In this document: piece after piece, positions 31,491-32,000 of the stretch
Position numbering within the stretch: position 1 is the first letter of the stretch
Layout of the letters: each line of letters begins with the position of its first letter
From: Gemmata obscuriglobus
Lineage (GTDB): Bacteria; Planctomycetota; Planctomycetia; Gemmatales; Gemmataceae
Direction of reading: 5' to 3'
NCBI RefSeq assembly: GCF_008065095.1
Contig: NZ_CP042911.1
Location: 4,410,001-4,442,000 of the forward strand
DNA: 32,000 nucleotides
The notes under the pieces: generated by a model
Told to the model about the DNA's origin: nothing
The model's database searches: none
The model's input: the letters and a program-made list of their open reading frames with translations, nothing else
Position numbers and translations under genes: made by a program

Positions 31491-31581
31491 ATACTAGCGA
31501 ATCACTAGTGACGAGCGAAGAAAAATCGCTGGCGAATTTCTAGGCCGACACTAGTGACGCCGGGGCGGGGCCGCGTAGAGT
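31491..31581. promoter_or_regulatory. Divergent promoter/operator region: two perfect CACTAGTGAC palindrome-containing sites plus one degenerate copy, overlapping candidate leftward and rightward sigma70-like promoters
   Basis: CACTAGTGAC occurs at 31503-31512 and 31549-31558, and ACTAGCGA at 31492-31499. Leftward candidate: -10 TAGTAT (complement of 31491-31496) with a 17-nt spacer that contains operator 1. Rightward candidate: -35 GTGACG (31554-31559), 16-nt spacer, -10 TAGAGT (31576-31581). This is the AT-richest non-coding patch apart from the moron island. Confidence 0.4.
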
Positions 31582-31618
31582 GGGCGGGGCACTGCGGTGG
31601 CGCGGACGAGGGGCGGAC

Positions 31619-31888
31619 ATGGCGAAGCGGACGCGGCCCCGGCAGAACGTGGCCGGGGCCAAGCAGTTCAACTACGAGATCGACGGGGCGCTCGCGGACC
31701 GGTTCCGGCAGTTCTGCCGGGACCGCGGGGAGACGATCGTCGGCCACCTGGAGATGGCGCTGCGGCGGCACATGGACAACCCGCCGCCGGTGCCGGTGCT
31801 GCCCCCGCTCCCGCCGGTGCCGGCGCCCGCACCCCCGGCGAGCGGGGCGAAGGCGCGCGGGCGCGCGCCGAAGCCGAAGAGCGATTGA
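31619..31888 (+). CDS. Ribbon-helix-helix (CopG/Arc/MetJ-like) DNA-binding protein with a Pro-rich basic tail. Candidate repressor of the divergent region.
   Basis: ATG 31619 with GAGGGG upstream. FNYEIDGALADRFRQFCRDRGETIVGHLEMALRRHM fits the beta-strand/helix/helix RHH layout. Overlapping track ORFs on both strands were rejected. Confidence 0.7.
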   Translation: MAKRTRPRQNVAGAKQFNYEIDGALADRFRQFCRDRGETIVGHLEMALRRHMDNPPPVPVLPPLPPVPAPAPPASGAKARGRAPKPKSD

Positions 31889-31978
31889 GCCGGTGGAGGC
31901 GCGAGTTGGTTCCGAGGAATTCAGAGCCGGGTGAGGTGGCCGACTTCCCATCCGCGGGCGCGCGAGCGCGCGCCCCAC

Positions 31979-32000
31979 TTCCATCCGGGCAACCCGCCCG
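31979..32000 (+). promoter_or_regulatory. Conserved 21-nt box, copy 4 (TTCCATCCGGGCAACCCGCCC), truncated context at the window edge
   Basis: Same orientation as copies 1-3. It lies 91 nt after the RHH gene stop and is preceded by the GC palindrome GCGCGC-GA-GCGCGC. Confidence 0.55.

Larger units (their letters stand above)
1..32000. mobile_element. Tailed-phage/prophage region: Mu-like head module, siphovirus-type tail module, accessory glycosyltransferase, then a leftward early-like operon. Neither end of the element is in the window.
   Basis: Gene order is MuF, protease/scaffold, decoration, gpT-like major head, gpG-like, tube, G/GT frameshift chaperone, tape measure, distal tail genes. 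Genes are tightly coupled (ATGA/GTGA overlaps). No integrase, terminase, att site or tRNA was seen, so integrated versus free state cannot be decided. Confidence 0.8.

Noticed and set aside
31505-31984. ORFs 31505..31984 (-) and 31554..31934 (+) overlapping the RHH gene
   Set aside because: Both give Arg/Pro-rich translations. The 31619..31888 frame has an RBS and a clear ribbon-helix-helix pattern.
1-32000. tRNA, rRNA, integrase/att sites, transposase/IS ends, toxin-antitoxin pairs
   Set aside because: I saw no cloverleaf-like or rRNA-like sequence, no recombinase signature in any plausible ORF, and no terminal inverted repeats flanking the low-GC inserts. Absence by eye is not proof; tRNAscan-SE, Infernal and HMM searches should confirm it.

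Overview
This is a gene-dense window of about 70% GC (estimated by eye). I read it as the late (virion) region of a tailed phage or prophage in a Planctomycetota (Gemmata-like) host. On the + strand, left to right, it encodes: a >1360-aa low-complexity, TM-rich protein with a ParB-like nuclease domain (5' partial); a MuF-like head morphogenesis protein; three low-complexity proteins; a Mu gpI-like protease/scaffold; a decoration-like protein; a Mu gpT-like major head protein; a gpG-like morphogenesis protein; a GTA-type head-spike-base-like protein followed by a LamG protein; a tail tube; a G/GT chaperone pair with a canonical GGGAAAC -1 slippery site; a tape measure; four distal-tail proteins, the last cysteine/threonine-rich and mucin-like; and an 832-aa multi-domain glycosyltransferase. 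Three antisense, lower-GC 'moron' genes interrupt this + strand operon, and all three encode exported or membrane proteins. The same 21-nt box follows each interruption, and the window holds four co-oriented copies. From 28.7 kb the window switches to a leftward operon of six small genes. Each is bracketed by GC-rich hairpins and by one of two families of repeated 70-120-nt leaders. The operon ends at an AT-richer divergent promoter/operator region and an RHH regulator gene. I recognised no rRNA, tRNA, CRISPR array, transposase, integrase or terminase. All homology statements come from reading the translated ORFs against remembered family signatures; no searches were run. Many long ORFs in the track are GC-rich shadow frames and were discarded.
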